In this document: positions 1 through 9,836 of the stretch, piece after piece
Layout: every line of letters begins with the position of its first letter
How positions within the stretch are numbered: the first letter of the stretch is position 1
Virus record (IMG/VR): IMGVR_UViG_2841231794_000007
Length of the DNA: 64,000 nt
Source of the DNA: a virus
Strand: one strand, 5' to 3'
Position numbers and translations under genes: made by a program
Notes under the pieces: model-generated
The model's database searches: none
Seen by the model: only the letters and a program-made list of their open reading frames with translations
What the model was told of the DNA's origin: nothing

Positions 1-416
1 ACGGCCGCTTTCAGTACATTCTGCAGGCGCGGCTGCTCAGGATACTGTGACCTGGCAATCTCCAGTGCCTGGGTTGTATTACCTTTGGAAGCGGCCAGAC
101 ACTTCACGTAACGGGCAAACTCAATACCGGGTTCCAGTTTTTCGTCCGCCTTAATCACACCGCCGCGCAGTTGGGCGGCTTCACGGAATGATTTCTGCTC
201 TGCATCCACCGGTTTGGCCTCTTTTGCCTGGGTACTTTCCATCTCGCGCAGACGTGCCAGATGCGCATCAACAGATTTGATTTCATCTGTCAGCCCGTCA
301 TAACTTTCGGATTCCTCCGCATCAAGGGGGCGCCCTTCCTCAGCGGCTTTGTTCATAATATCCAGACGGGCGGCATCACTGGCGGCACGTTTCGCTTCAA
401 ACGACTTAATTTGAGC
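1..416 (-). pseudogene. HK97-fold major capsid protein region (protease-capsid fusion type), 5'-truncated, runs off window
   Basis: Manual translation AQIKSFEAKRAASDAARLDIMNKAAEEGRPLDAEESESYD...GIEFARYVKCLAASKGN...LQNVLKAAV resembles the capsid part of enterobacterial protease/capsid fusions; no native start upstream. Confidence 0.75.
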
Positions 417-450
417 ACAGCAATGCGGGGTTTCAGTACCTTTAAACGCT

Positions 451-702
451 TCACAGTGCAGAACCCGGTCTGGTGATGCTGATTAGTGCATCCTGTAATT
501 TAATATCATTAACGTAGCGGGCAACTGTATGACCGGCGCTGTTGATAATTTCAGCCTTGTCACCCGGCTGTAATACGAGGTCGTCACCACAGTTGTTGTG
601 GTCGGTGTAATCCAGCTTAAATGCATACGGTGTCCACTGAATGCCGTAACCGGACTCAATGACTTCTTTACCTGATGCGGTAGTTACTTTGATTGTGAAC
701 AT
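451..702 (-). CDS. Phage hypothetical protein (83 aa)
   Basis: ORF track; ATG with upstream GGAG; late-operon orientation. Confidence 0.6.
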   Translation of the reverse strand: MFTIKVTTASGKEVIESGYGIQWTPYAFKLDYTDHNNCGDDLVLQPGDKAEIINSAGHTVARYVNDIKLQDALISITRPGSAL

Positions 703-1055
703 AGCTGCTTCTCCGGTCAGAAAGTCGGCTCATATGAACGGACTTTGTGTTTGGTTTGAGCCGTCTCTCCGGCTGTCACGCCCGTTGCTCCGGCAGATGA
801 CGTTGCTGCCTGCATTGGTAATCACACCATGGATTCGTTGTTTTTGATTCTCCCTGTACACTCACCGGGAAAGGTTTACGGGTCCCTGTTAATACAGGAA
901 GACTGCGACAACGCGGCGCATAAAAGCCCACTCAGTGAGCATGCTTTGTGATGGGTTACAGTGGCAGAGCCTCATTATTAAAAACAAATTAATTTATTAA
1001 AAATCAAAAAGATAAAGCATTGACGCTGTTTTTTATTTTTCATTAAAATGCACAT

Positions 1056-1113
1056 GCTGTGTTGAAAAAAGAAAATCGTTTTGATTTCGCCCGGATTCCC
1101 CCGGGCTTTTTTT
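1056..1113 (+). ncRNA. Candidate ~58-nt sRNA
   Basis: TTGACG(1020)-18bp-TAAAAT(1044) promoter followed by GCCCGG-ATTCCC-CCGGGC-T7 terminator with no ORF between. Confidence 0.5.
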
Positions 1114-1237
1114 ACCAGGTAGACCCCGCTATTTAGCAAAGTGTTATTTATCTTTTGTTTAGTTCTGAGGACGTAATTTTATCCAAGAGCGTTTACCCGC
1201 GTGAAACACTTAAGCCCGTTCCTCCATCGGTTCAGGG

Positions 1238-1534
1238 CTATTTTTTTATCCTCTCCGCTTCTATCTCCCGTATTGACCACTTATCGTGATTACAGTTAGC
1301 AATATATTTCATGGCATCAGCCAGCAGCTCAACTGCACCACCGAACGTCAGATCATCCGGTATCTCAACCTGCTCACAATCAGCGGTCAGTTGTGGTGGA
1401 ATCGATATCACCGGTGCGGGTATTAATTCCGGTCGCGTATCTGCGCAACTCACTGACAACATCAGCGGGAACAGGAGTAACAGCGCATTCACTGCCCTTA
1501 AATACTGTTTTGATAACTGTCTTAACCTTGACAT
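1238..1534 (-). CDS. o-spanin (Rz1-like lipoprotein)
   Basis: Overlaps Rz; hydrophobic signal and lipobox SVSC; Pro-rich; true start may be the internal GTG. Confidence 0.75.
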   Translation of the reverse strand: MSRLRQLSKQYLRAVNALLLLFPLMLSVSCADTRPELIPAPVISIPPQLTADCEQVEIPDDLTFGGAVELLADAMKYIANCNHDKWSIREIEAERIKK

Positions 1535-1757
1535 GCTCTGTACCCTCGATCTGTTTGGCTTTGATGTTGTCGAGTGATACGCGGTGATTGGTGATGATGG
1601 CTGAAAGCGTGGTGGTGTTTATCACCAGTTGGGCTGACAGTTGTCCGGACAACCTTGTGTTATTCACCTTCAGTTGCTGGTTATCCCGGTAAATGTCATA
1701 TACCCACCAGACAGCAGCAATAAACAGCGCGGCAATTACCGTTTCTTTCCGGTTCAT
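1380..1757 (-). CDS. i-spanin (Rz-like)
   Basis: N-terminal TM followed by coiled coil; downstream of endolysin. Confidence 0.75.
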   Translation of the reverse strand: MNRKETVIAALFIAAVWWVYDIYRDNQQLKVNNTRLSGQLSAQLVINTTTLSAIITNHRVSLDNIKAKQIEGTEHVKVKTVIKTVFKGSECAVTPVPADVVSELRRYATGINTRTGDIDSTTTDR

Positions 1758-1912
1758 GGAGCTTCACACTCATAATGGATCACACCGTCCAGCGGGTTAC
1801 CCGGCAGTGGCTTACAGTGAGTATCGAGTGAATACAGATAACAGCCCGCCAGCAGGCAGGCCGTCAGAAGAATGATCGCGATGATGATCAGCATTATGGG
1901 GTTCCGTGACAT
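1754..1912 (-). CDS. 52-aa putative lipoprotein/membrane protein in lysis cassette
   Basis: MSRNPIMLIIIAIILLTACLLLAGCYLYSLDTHCKPLPGNPLDGVIHYECEAP; conserved in-frame copy at 46910-47068. Confidence 0.6.
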   Translation of the reverse strand: MSRNPIMLIIIAIILLTACLLAGCYLYSLDTHCKPLPGNPLDGVIHYECEAP

Positions 1913-2370
1913 ATCGCTTTCTCCGTCTCGCGCCGGTTAATCAGACCCTGCTACCGCTTACCACCGGAAAATGTCCAGCGCTTCATTTCGTCACATGCAC
2001 CGGCGATATCACCGGCATTGAGTTTGCGCAGCATCGTAGAACGCGAGAACGCACCGGTACCGGTGTTATATGCAAATGAATAGATGGCCGCCCGGGTATT
2101 GTCATCAATCGGCACTTTGATCATCGGGTCAACCGCGCGCCGGACTTTCGTCAGGTCGTTATGCAGCAGCGCCTTACATTCAGCATCCGTATACAGCTTG
2201 CCGGGCTGAATATCACTACCGGTATGGCCATAACATACGGTGAGCACCCCAGCCACATCACGGTAAGGTTTGTACTCAACACCCTCATACGCGGGGATCA
2301 GCACCAGCGCACCGGCAATCGCCCCGGCGGCACAAGCGGCCATGACTTTTTTAAATAATCGGTTATTCAT
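1894..2370 (-). pseudogene. SAR endolysin (GH24 lysozyme) with premature stop
   Basis: TGG>TAG at 1951-1953 relative to the 158-aa paralog at 47050-47526; loses the last 19 aa. Confidence 0.85.
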
Positions 2371-2548
2371 GATGTTCTCCGGCTTTCAGTTGGAATTCTT
2401 TCCGTTTGTAATACCAGTTCACCAGGAACGTCCCGACAGTACAGATAATCCCGGCAACAATAGCCCACTGGGATAAAACGCCAAAAGCAGAGGTTATAAG
2501 CCCCCAGGCGTACGCTGTAGGGCTGGAATATTTGTCAGGCATGCGCAT
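2363..2548 (-). CDS. Pinholin-type holin (phage 21 S-like), 2-aa in-frame deletion vs paralog
   Basis: MRMPDKYSS...VNWYYKRKE; Met-Arg-Met dual start; SQW vs SLDQW in the paralog. Confidence 0.8.
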   Translation of the reverse strand: MRMPDKYSSPTAYAWGLITSAFGVLSQWAIVAGIICTVGTFLVNWYYKRKEFQLKAGEHHE

Positions 2549-2854
2549 ATCCCCCCCCCTGCGGAGTGTTCCGTATGTTGAGTGATAGGGGTAATGCCGC
2601 AACCGGGTTATATGTTTTAAACAGTTTAAATGAGGTGGCTGCAGCATTATTCAGATAATCCCGCCAGCGGCGGGAAAGTAATAAGAAGAGCACTGTATCC
2701 GAACGTGGATTAGGGAATGAGCCTGTCGTATTCCAATGCTCTTATTGTTGCGGACAATAAAAAAGGCCGCACATGGCGACCTTAAGGTTAATTTTGTGAA
2801 TGTATATATAATTCAACTGCTCGTATCGTTAATGACATTAATCAAGGATTATAT

Positions 2855-3130
2855 ATGCTTAAATCTCTTCTGACTTTCGACCAGATGATAACCCCTAAAC
2901 TTATTACTGTACTTTACTGGCTTGGCCTGATTGGTGTTCTGTTTTCCGGTATTGCAACTATTTTTGTCAGTAATGCTTACGGTGGCGGTTTTTTCAGCGG
3001 ACTTATCAGCGGACTGGCTACTATCATCTTCGGCGGACTAGGTGTCCGTATTTCCTGCGAACTGATTATTCTGTCTTTCAACATTTACGGAAAACTCAAA
3101 GAGATCGCGGAAAACACAAAACCACAGTAA
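2855..3130 (+). CDS. DUF4282-family membrane protein
   Basis: FDQMITPKLITVLYWL and RISCELII motifs; two TM helices. Confidence 0.75.
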   Translation: MLKSLLTFDQMITPKLITVLYWLGLIGVLFSGIATIFVSNAYGGGFFSGLISGLATIIFGGLGVRISCELIILSFNIYGKLKEIAENTKPQ

Positions 3131-3138
3131 TTTTATGG

Positions 3139-3170
3139 TTGACACCCAAACGGCAATGATTATCATTTAA
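3139..3170 (+). promoter_or_regulatory. Sigma70 promoter overlapped by Fur box
   Basis: TTGACA-16bp-TATCAT; GGCAATGATTATCATTTAA (3152-3170) matches the 19-bp Fur consensus at 13/19 with a perfect AATGAT-t-ATCATT core. Confidence 0.7.
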
Positions 3171-3172
3171 CT

Positions 3173-3258
3173 TAATACCGGTTTGTCAGGTATTGCTCAC
3201 ATTGACATTGCTCCTAGTATTTACTGCCGACACCACTGATCCGGTGTCGGTTTTTTTT
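3173..3258 (+). ncRNA. ryhB: RyhB-like iron-regulated sRNA
   Basis: Contains ATTGCTCACATTG and ACATTGCTCCTAGTATT (RyhB core is ACATTGCTCACATTGCTTCCAGTATT); Fur-boxed promoter; CCGACACC/GGTGTCGG-T8 terminator. Confidence 0.75.
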
Positions 3259-3271
3259 AATACAAAAACCA

Positions 3272-3550
3272 ATGCAAAAACTGACGCATATCATTAACTG
3301 TTACTGTGCACGCCATACATTACTGATGCTCGAAGGCCAGCATCAGTCAGCATGGGCATCAATCAGGAATATTCTTATCATTCATCAATGTGCTGCAGCA
3401 GAAATAATCCTTGCACGTAAGGGCTGGAAAATTTCTGTCATATATAATGATCGATTCGGCTTTCCTGTATATGCCATCAGAAGCAAAAATGGAAGAAAGT
3501 TAAAGTGTTGCTATGATGACTATCAAAAAGAAATGACAAAAATCAGATAA
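3272..3550 (+). CDS. Hypothetical protein
   Basis: ORF track only. Confidence 0.4.
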   Translation: MQKLTHIINCYCARHTLLMLEGQHQSAWASIRNILIIHQCAAAEIILARKGWKISVIYNDRFGFPVYAIRSKNGRKLKCCYDDYQKEMTKIR

Positions 3551-3637
3551 CAATTAAATAACAATCAGTCTAATCATAATTATAAAATGTGTAAACTGTA
3601 GCCATTACTGCGCCACTGAACATACAATATCCATATA

Positions 3638-3904
3638 CTAATAAGTATTTTTTCCTCTGGTTTTCTTACGAAATAACAATACAACTGCAGGAATAGCAAA
3701 TGCATTAAAAATCAAAAAATTAGTTAGTGGCAATACTCCACCATGAATAAGCACTGGAATCAAATTAAACATCACAATACTGACTATCAACCACAGCCCC
3801 CTGACTGGCTTTAACATCTCTTGTGATTCATTTTTGTCAGCATCAGATATCCGGCCATTAACCTCTTTACTGGTCATATCATCCTCAAAATCCGACAACA
3901 CCAT
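3638..3904 (-). CDS. Hypothetical membrane protein
   Basis: ORF with two hydrophobic segments. Confidence 0.4.
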   Translation of the reverse strand: MVLSDFEDDMTSKEVNGRISDADKNESQEMLKPVRGLWLIVSIVMFNLIPVLIHGGVLPLTNFLIFNAFAIPAVVLLFRKKTRGKNTY

Positions 3905-4074
3905 ACTGATAATAATAACTGTTATCCATTAAGATAACCAGCATAAAAACGTATGCAGACAACCGGACACCTTTATATCATTCTGAGTAATAATCAAAAC
4001 AAGACATCTCACCATAGTTAATCTTTTTTAATTATATTACGTGTAAACACATACTATTACGCTATAATAAAAAG

Positions 4075-4142
4075 GTAATGAAATTTCCATAAAATAATGT
4101 CGCTTATTCCTTATGCCGGTTATTCCCAAACCGGCTTTTTTT
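4075..4142 (+). ncRNA. Candidate ~68-nt sRNA
   Basis: TATAAT at 4063-4068 then GCCGGTT-ATTCCCA-AACCGGC-T7 terminator, no ORF; -35 is poor. Confidence 0.35.
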
Positions 4143-4454
4143 GCATCTGAAATAAGAAACTGATTCAGTTCAACCGAACTGACCTGCGCTACCAGAGTCT
4201 CACAGCAAGTATCCAGTTATTCGGAATAACCAAACATACGGCCCTCGGAAACTTCGGAAAACCTAACATGAAAGCCATTCTTACAAGTTGGAAAAATAAA
4301 AAAGCCTCACCGAAGTGAGGCTTACACCGTAGTTATACCTTTAATCCACAAAATACTATTAACAACGGTGCATTATATATTATGTTAGGACTGTAATTTT
4401 CAGGCCTTGTAAAACCCGCCAATATTGGCGGGTTTGGAACAAAAAAATCAGAAA

Positions 4455-4913
4455 CTAAGCCTTTATATCTTTATTTTCAATAGCTATCAACTGTGGTTTT
4501 TCTTCTTCCGGAATTTCATACTCTATATCCAATGTCAGCAATCCGCAGGATAATTCTGCATTCCGAATTTTGACATTCTTACCAAGGTTAAATTCTAATG
4601 AAAACTGGCTTTTTAATATCCCTTGGTGTACCCATTTCTCTGATTCATTAACTACTTCTGCAGGTTGTTTACCCTGAATACTAAGTTTGCCACCTTTCAA
4701 TGATACCTCAAGATCATCTTCCCTGTATCCGGGAACACTAACCGTCAGTTGATAGTGCGCATCATTTAATTGCTTCAGGTTATATGGATGTTCTGAGGTT
4801 ATTGGCCTGTTGCCCGTAAGTTGACTGAATAAACGATCCATCTGGTCAAAGCGATTTGACAGCAAACTATCAGATAATGCCGGAAATAATGAAAAAGAAC
4901 TAATGTTCTGCAT
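4455..4913 (-). CDS. Small heat-shock protein Hsp20 (IbpA/B-like)
   Basis: PYNL, VPGY, HQGI and GLLTLDIEYEIPEEEKPQLI alpha-crystallin motifs. Confidence 0.92.
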   Translation of the reverse strand: MQNISSFSLFPALSDSLLSNRFDQMDRLFSQLTGNRPITSEHPYNLKQLNDAHYQLTVSVPGYREDDLEVSLKGGKLSIQGKQPAEVVNESEKWVHQGILKSQFSLEFNLGKNVKIRNAELSCGLLTLDIEYEIPEEEKPQLIAIENKDIKA

Positions 4914-4989
4914 AATTCCTCCTTCAGTATTTCAATTTATTCTTTTTAAATACACATCATGGTATAACTTACCCTGATGCGTTATTTAT

Positions 4990-5014
4990 ATAGGGATGAG
5001 ATCTTGACTTTCAA
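4990..5014 (-). promoter_or_regulatory. Sigma32 (RpoH) promoter of hsp20
   Basis: Minus strand TTGAAA-13bp-CCCTAT. Confidence 0.75.
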
Positions 5015-5219
5015 TGACTCATTTACATTCCTTTACAATAATCACTTCGTGACCAGCAACCAACCTCAGATTTTACAGCATAAAAATAGTTAAAAAGGCA
5101 TTTGAATTTATAGGGTAATAGACAATCTACTAAAGCTGCCCCCTGTTACTCAATAATTTACCTCCGATAATCAATAATGTCCTATACTTCATAGTGAAAA
5201 GCAAACCGGAGAGAAAAGT

Positions 5220-5660
5220 ATGTATAAGAATATTCTGGTACCGATTGACACTTCTAATAAAGCACTGGTTAACCATGTCATCCCTCACATCGAATCTCTT
5301 TCAAAGTTTGATGACCCGCACATACATTTTTTAGTCGTTATACCAAGCTACAAAATGTTTATCGGCCTTTCATACGGCATAGAAAAAGAAATCATTACAG
5401 AAGATAATCAACGATTGAAGTTAGCAGAAGCTGACCTTAAAAATGAAGTTTCAAGATTTAATCTTCCGGAAGATCGGGTTCATTATCATGCAATTCTTGA
5501 CACTCCGATAGATGGGATTTTGACTACCGCAGAAAAAATACACGCTGATTTAATAATCATCAGCTCAAGATCACCAAATATTTCAACCAAATATCTACTT
5601 GGGTCTACTGCATCAGCTGTAGTCCGCTATGCAGAAACATCCGTCCTGGTTGTCCGCTAA
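5220..5660 (+). CDS. Universal stress protein (UspF/G-like)
   Basis: MYKNILVPID...ADLIII...LLGSTASAVVRYAETSVLVVR. Confidence 0.92.
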   Translation: MYKNILVPIDTSNKALVNHVIPHIESLSKFDDPHIHFLVVIPSYKMFIGLSYGIEKEIITEDNQRLKLAEADLKNEVSRFNLPEDRVHYHAILDTPIDGILTTAEKIHADLIIISSRSPNISTKYLLGSTASAVVRYAETSVLVVR

Positions 5661-6002
5661 TACATATCGCCCGCCATAGCGGGCTTTTTCATATACAATT
5701 ATGACACTCAATACTGTCCATATCATACCGAGGTATTTAGCTGTTCAGAATGACCGGACATGTAAACAGCCCAGAAGCTCAGAAGAGTTAAACCTGTAAG
5801 TTATCGATACACACCAGACTAAGATGTAAAAACACATATTATTCAATTAAATACATGATTTTTATTAGCCGTCATTAGTAGATAGGCGACGAAAATAACT
5901 TTTAATATAATTTTTAACAATAAAACCGCATATTTACACATTTAGCCTGAGTGTAAAAATTGCCTGAACTTACAAAAATTATTTGATTGAAAATAATTAG
6001 TG

Positions 6003-6620
6003 CTAGTTTTTTTTATTCAGCTTCGCAAGGCTGTCACATGCCGATTGAAACCCACCAAAACATGCTTCATCATACAATGACCCGGCCTTTGGTTGGCTTT
6101 TTTCAATGCCTTCCCCAGAGAGATGCATCTCTGCCAACTTTGCCAACTTTGCCAACTTTGCCAACTTTGCCAGTGCAAATGCATATTTTTGATCGGCCGC
6201 TTTCTTATACCACTCCGCTGCAACGCGGTAATTCTGTTCTATTCCCTTCCCATAATAATACATTTTCGCAAGCTGGTATTGAGAAAATGCATTTCCCTGC
6301 TCACCTGATTTATGAACCCACTCAATAGCCTGCCGGTAATCCTGTTGCACTCCCTCCCCCTGAAAATACATCTCCCCCAGAGAATATTATGCGTACTCAT
6401 TCCCCTGTACCGCAGCTTTTGTATACCAGTCAGCCGCCGTTTTATAATCTATGGGAGCACCATTACCGTAGTAGTAATAAGATCCGATTGTAACCTGGGC
6501 ACCAGCGTCACCACCATTTGCCGCCTCGCATAATGCCGAATCCTGAGTATCGAGCTCACAATTCGCTGAGTATGCAGTATCCGTGTGAATTAAAAAAAGG
6601 CACAACAATATTTTTTTCAT
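6003..6620 (-). pseudogene. Secreted Sel1-repeat protein with internal stop
   Basis: Signal peptide and Sel1 repeats; in-frame TAA at 6387-6389 (EYA*YSLGEM). Confidence 0.85.
6132..6172. repeat. 9-bp tandem repeat (TGCCAACTT)x4.5, encoding LAK repeats
   Basis: Read directly from sequence. Confidence 0.95.
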
Positions 6621-6748
6621 AATAGTTCCCGTTTTGCAGTTAACGGAAATCATATCAAAAACAAAAATTGCAGACATAAATAACTGCGATTGTGAGGTTT
6701 CAGCTCATAAGTAATGGGTATAGGGCACCCAATGACATTCCTTGTAAC

Positions 6749-7557
6749 TTATTTGTACAGAGAATTCTCTCCCGGAGGTCTGGTCTTAAACCTTCTGTGT
6801 GCCCACAAGTATTGGTCCGGAGCATGCAGGATTTCTGCCTCAATAATCTGATTTAGTTTCTCAGCATCTGCCAGGTCATCTCCACGCGGAAACTCAATGA
6901 TTTCTTTACCAATTATTAATTCATAAGGCCTCTTACCACTTTCATTATTTCTTATCATCGTTGCAGTAAGTATCGGCGACTTCGATAATTTGGCTATAGC
7001 TGCCACTCCTTTTGATGCAGAAGCATTAGCTACCGAAAAAAAAGGGGCGAAGATAGTACCTTTAGTTCCAAAGTCCTGATCCGGAGCAAACCAAATAGCC
7101 TGCCCGCGTTTTAGTTCCGATACCATAAACTTCAGATTCTTACGGTCGATCATCCCACTTCCGGAGCGGCTTCGGCATCTTGTTTGTATATACTCCATTG
7201 CTTTATTGTTGTGCGGTCGATACATAGCATTTACAGGAAAACATAGCCCCATAACTCTGCCCTCAAGTTCCATCGACATGGAATGGATACCAATAATTAA
7301 AACATCATTATTTTTGTCATATACATCATTAAAGTTATCACAACCCATTACTGTAAATATTTTATTAATTCTTTTGTCATTCCAGAACCAGGCAATACCG
7401 GTTTCAAATAATGCACCCCCTAAAGATGACAGGTTACTTGCGACACAAGCCATGGATAAGGCATCTGAACCAAACAGAAAAGCAATAGGATACCAATCCA
7501 GGTTAAAATGCACCTTGGGTGGAGAAGCCTGATAGAAAATTTATTCAGAGAATACAT
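6749..7557 (-). pseudogene. lpxP: Lipid A palmitoleoyltransferase LpxP, frameshifted by 121-bp deletion
   Basis: Near-identical to 50028-50957 but lacks the segment corresponding to 50724-50844 (junction ~7444). Confidence 0.88.
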
Positions 7558-7783
7558 TTTTTCCTGATAAGTAATAATTACTGCATAATAAAAAGGCCTG
7601 ATAATATTATCAGGCCTTGGAATTTAGTTTTTTTTATTGCCTGGACAACAGCATCACCGTTTTACAAAAAATACATTTTGCTCCATGCGGATTTGATGCG
7701 GAAACATCAAAGTGCGAAGTTCGGTATTGTGTTCCACTGCAACAGGGGCACTGAAAAAACAGTGCTATTATCATTGGTGTGCC

Positions 7784-7996
7784 TTAGAGACCCACCACAT
7801 TTGATGCAGACGGACCTTTTGCCCCGTCTTCAATATTGAAGGTAACATTCTGACCTTCAAATAATGTCTTGAAGCTGTCGCTCTGGATCGCAGAGAAGTG
7901 AACAAACACATCTTTGCTGCCGTCAGCCGGAGTGATGAAGCCAAAACCTTTCGATTCGTTAAACCATTTTACTGAACCAGTCATTGTATTAGACAT
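7784..7996 (-). CDS. Cold-shock protein, CspA family (promoter and most of 5'UTR deleted)
   Basis: KGFGFI (RNP1) and VFVHF (RNP2); 70 aa. Confidence 0.92.
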   Translation of the reverse strand: MSNTMTGSVKWFNESKGFGFITPADGSKDVFVHFSAIQSDSFKTLFEGQNVTFNIEDGAKGPSASNVVGL

Positions 7997-8128
7997 AGAA
8001 TTTCCTTTAATTTTTTTGATTGCCATAAGGCATATGAGGTTTAATATCTTCCGATAAAACAGAAATGACGCTTCCCGTATAGTTGCCCTGAAGAGTAGTG
8101 TTGCTCCAATGTTCCTCTCTCATTGTTC

Positions 8129-8308
8129 TCACTCCTGTATGCCTTTCATCTCGAACTCGGTCATAAGCACACCGATGTAGATTATGTACGCTTCGCACCA
8201 GGTATCCCGGTGAAACGTCCTGACTGTGTACCGGTTTATTTTCAACTCAGTCGCCAGTGACGCCTGATTACCGTAGTGTTCAGGTATCGGTGTAATTTCA
8301 GGTCTCAC
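8129..8308 (-). CDS. ninH: NinH-like protein
   Basis: Manual translation MRPEITPIPEHYGNQASLATELKINRYTVR...; directly after ninG. Confidence 0.55.
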   Translation of the reverse strand: MRPEITPIPEHYGNQASLATELKINRYTVRTFHRDTWCEAYIIYIGVLMTEFEMKGIQE

Positions 8309-8927
8309 GCTTTAACTCCCTCACTTTCGCACGGTACTCATCGCGTATACGGATATAGTCTTCCCGCTTCCAGTGCGGTATCTCATGCGGACCGCGTAAC
8401 CAGTCAACTAACTCCTGTCCAAATTTTTCAATCAGCCGTAACTCGTATTTCTGCGTTACAGTGTTATTTTTGTGTGAGAATTTACCGGCCCCCGCATTGC
8501 ATGATTTACATTGCTTATAGGCATTTCGCTCCTCAAACCGCAGCTCAGGATGTGACCCGACAGACAGAAAATGACCGCAGTCCCACTGCCCACCATGTAA
8601 ATCAGGCGGATTAGGTTCACCACAGCTGATGCATGGTTCATCGCGGTCTCAGAGTCTGATGAATTGGTTAAACGCTGTTTGTGCTTGCTGCCGGAAATAT
8701 GAGGTAGGTTTTACTGCTAACTTGCGGATTTTTAATTTATCTTTTGCTTCACGTTCTTTTTGCTGCTGCTCCTTTCTTAATTTGGCTTCAGCCTTTTCCC
8801 TTTCCCTGCTTCGTCGCTTTATTGCCAACTCAGCACCATGCTCCGGACAGCACCACCATTCGTTACTAAACTTCGGGTGAAACCAGTCGCGGCATATCAG
8901 GCATTTTCGCCTTGGCCACTTCACCAT
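8298..8927 (-). pseudogene. ninG: NinG/Rap recombination endonuclease with nonsense mutation
   Basis: AGA>TGA at 8649-8651 relative to intact copy 52497-53135. Confidence 0.88.
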
Positions 8928-9030
8928 ACTCCTCCCTCAGTTCGATAAATATATGATTGCAAAAAACTTCGATTAACGGCGATAAAGTGTTCTACTATTA
9001 ATGATGAGATGTTAATTCTTCATAAAGGAG

Positions 9031-9480
9031 TTGGTTATGCATAAAGTTATTCTTGTACCTATAGACCTAAATCATAACTATTTGACCGACAAGGTTATTT
9101 CTGAAATCAATGAATTCTCAGTAAATAAAAATACACATTTTTATTTCTTGACTGTCATTTCCCCCGCCGAAAAATATAATGAGTATGGTGTTGGATACCC
9201 GATGATCACTGAAGATACAAAATTCGAAGATGAAACATCTAAGACCATTGAAAAAGAACTAAAAGAAGTTGTAAGTAAATTCGGTATCCCCGATAACCAG
9301 GTATCCCTGCTCGTTAAGATTGGTAGTGCTGCCGACATCATAATCGACGTATCTCAACAGATTAAAGCTGACCTTATTATTATTGGCTCCCGCAATCCAA
9401 GCTTTAAAACACATATCCTTGGTTCAACTGCTTCATCGTTAGCACATTACGCAAAAACATCCGTATTTATAGTAAGATAA
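9031..9480 (+). CDS. Universal stress protein (moron in nin region)
   Basis: ILVPID...ADLIIIGS...LGSTASSLAHYAKTSVFIVR. Confidence 0.9.
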   Translation: MVMHKVILVPIDLNHNYLTDKVISEINEFSVNKNTHFYFLTVISPAEKYNEYGVGYPMITEDTKFEDETSKTIEKELKEVVSKFGIPDNQVSLLVKIGSAADIIIDVSQQIKADLIIIGSRNPSFKTHILGSTASSLAHYAKTSVFIVR

Positions 9481-9507
9481 CGCATGTTACGCTGCGGGAA
9501 ACTGTCT

Positions 9508-9836
9508 TTATAAACAGCGCACTTCCCGCAGCATTGCGTCCATCCTGGTTATAATCGACTGTCCGAAACCCGGCTCAATGTATGCTTTGCTGACCACCTT
9601 TCCGCAAAATTCGATTCGCTTTCTCTCACTCTGCTCACCACCCGGCATTAACTCACCACGGGAATCACGAACGTAGCGATACAGCCTGGTGACAGCATTT
9701 TGTTGGTAAACCACTTAATGAACTCTGTCGAGTTTCCTGTGCGCAGTCCGGCCTCGTGATTGGTGAACGAATCCAGATCGCGACATGCCCTGATTATGTC
9801 AACGCATACTTTGAATTGTTCGTCATTCATCGCCAC
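9508..9836 (-). pseudogene. Phage hypothetical protein, frameshifted by 82-bp deletion
   Basis: Paralog of 53826-54281; deletion at ACAGCAT microhomology (9692-9698). Confidence 0.75.

Noticed and set aside
6017..6328. QSW/PTL/QLC repeat proteins
   Set aside because: Alternative-frame readings of the 9-bp tandem repeat
6749..7513. Intact 254-aa acyltransferase
   Set aside because: The N-terminus is an out-of-frame artefact of the 121-bp deletion
8007..8198. 63-aa ORF (and 52200-52397) as real genes
   Set aside because: Overlap the more plausible NinH frame, and the left copy spans a deletion junction
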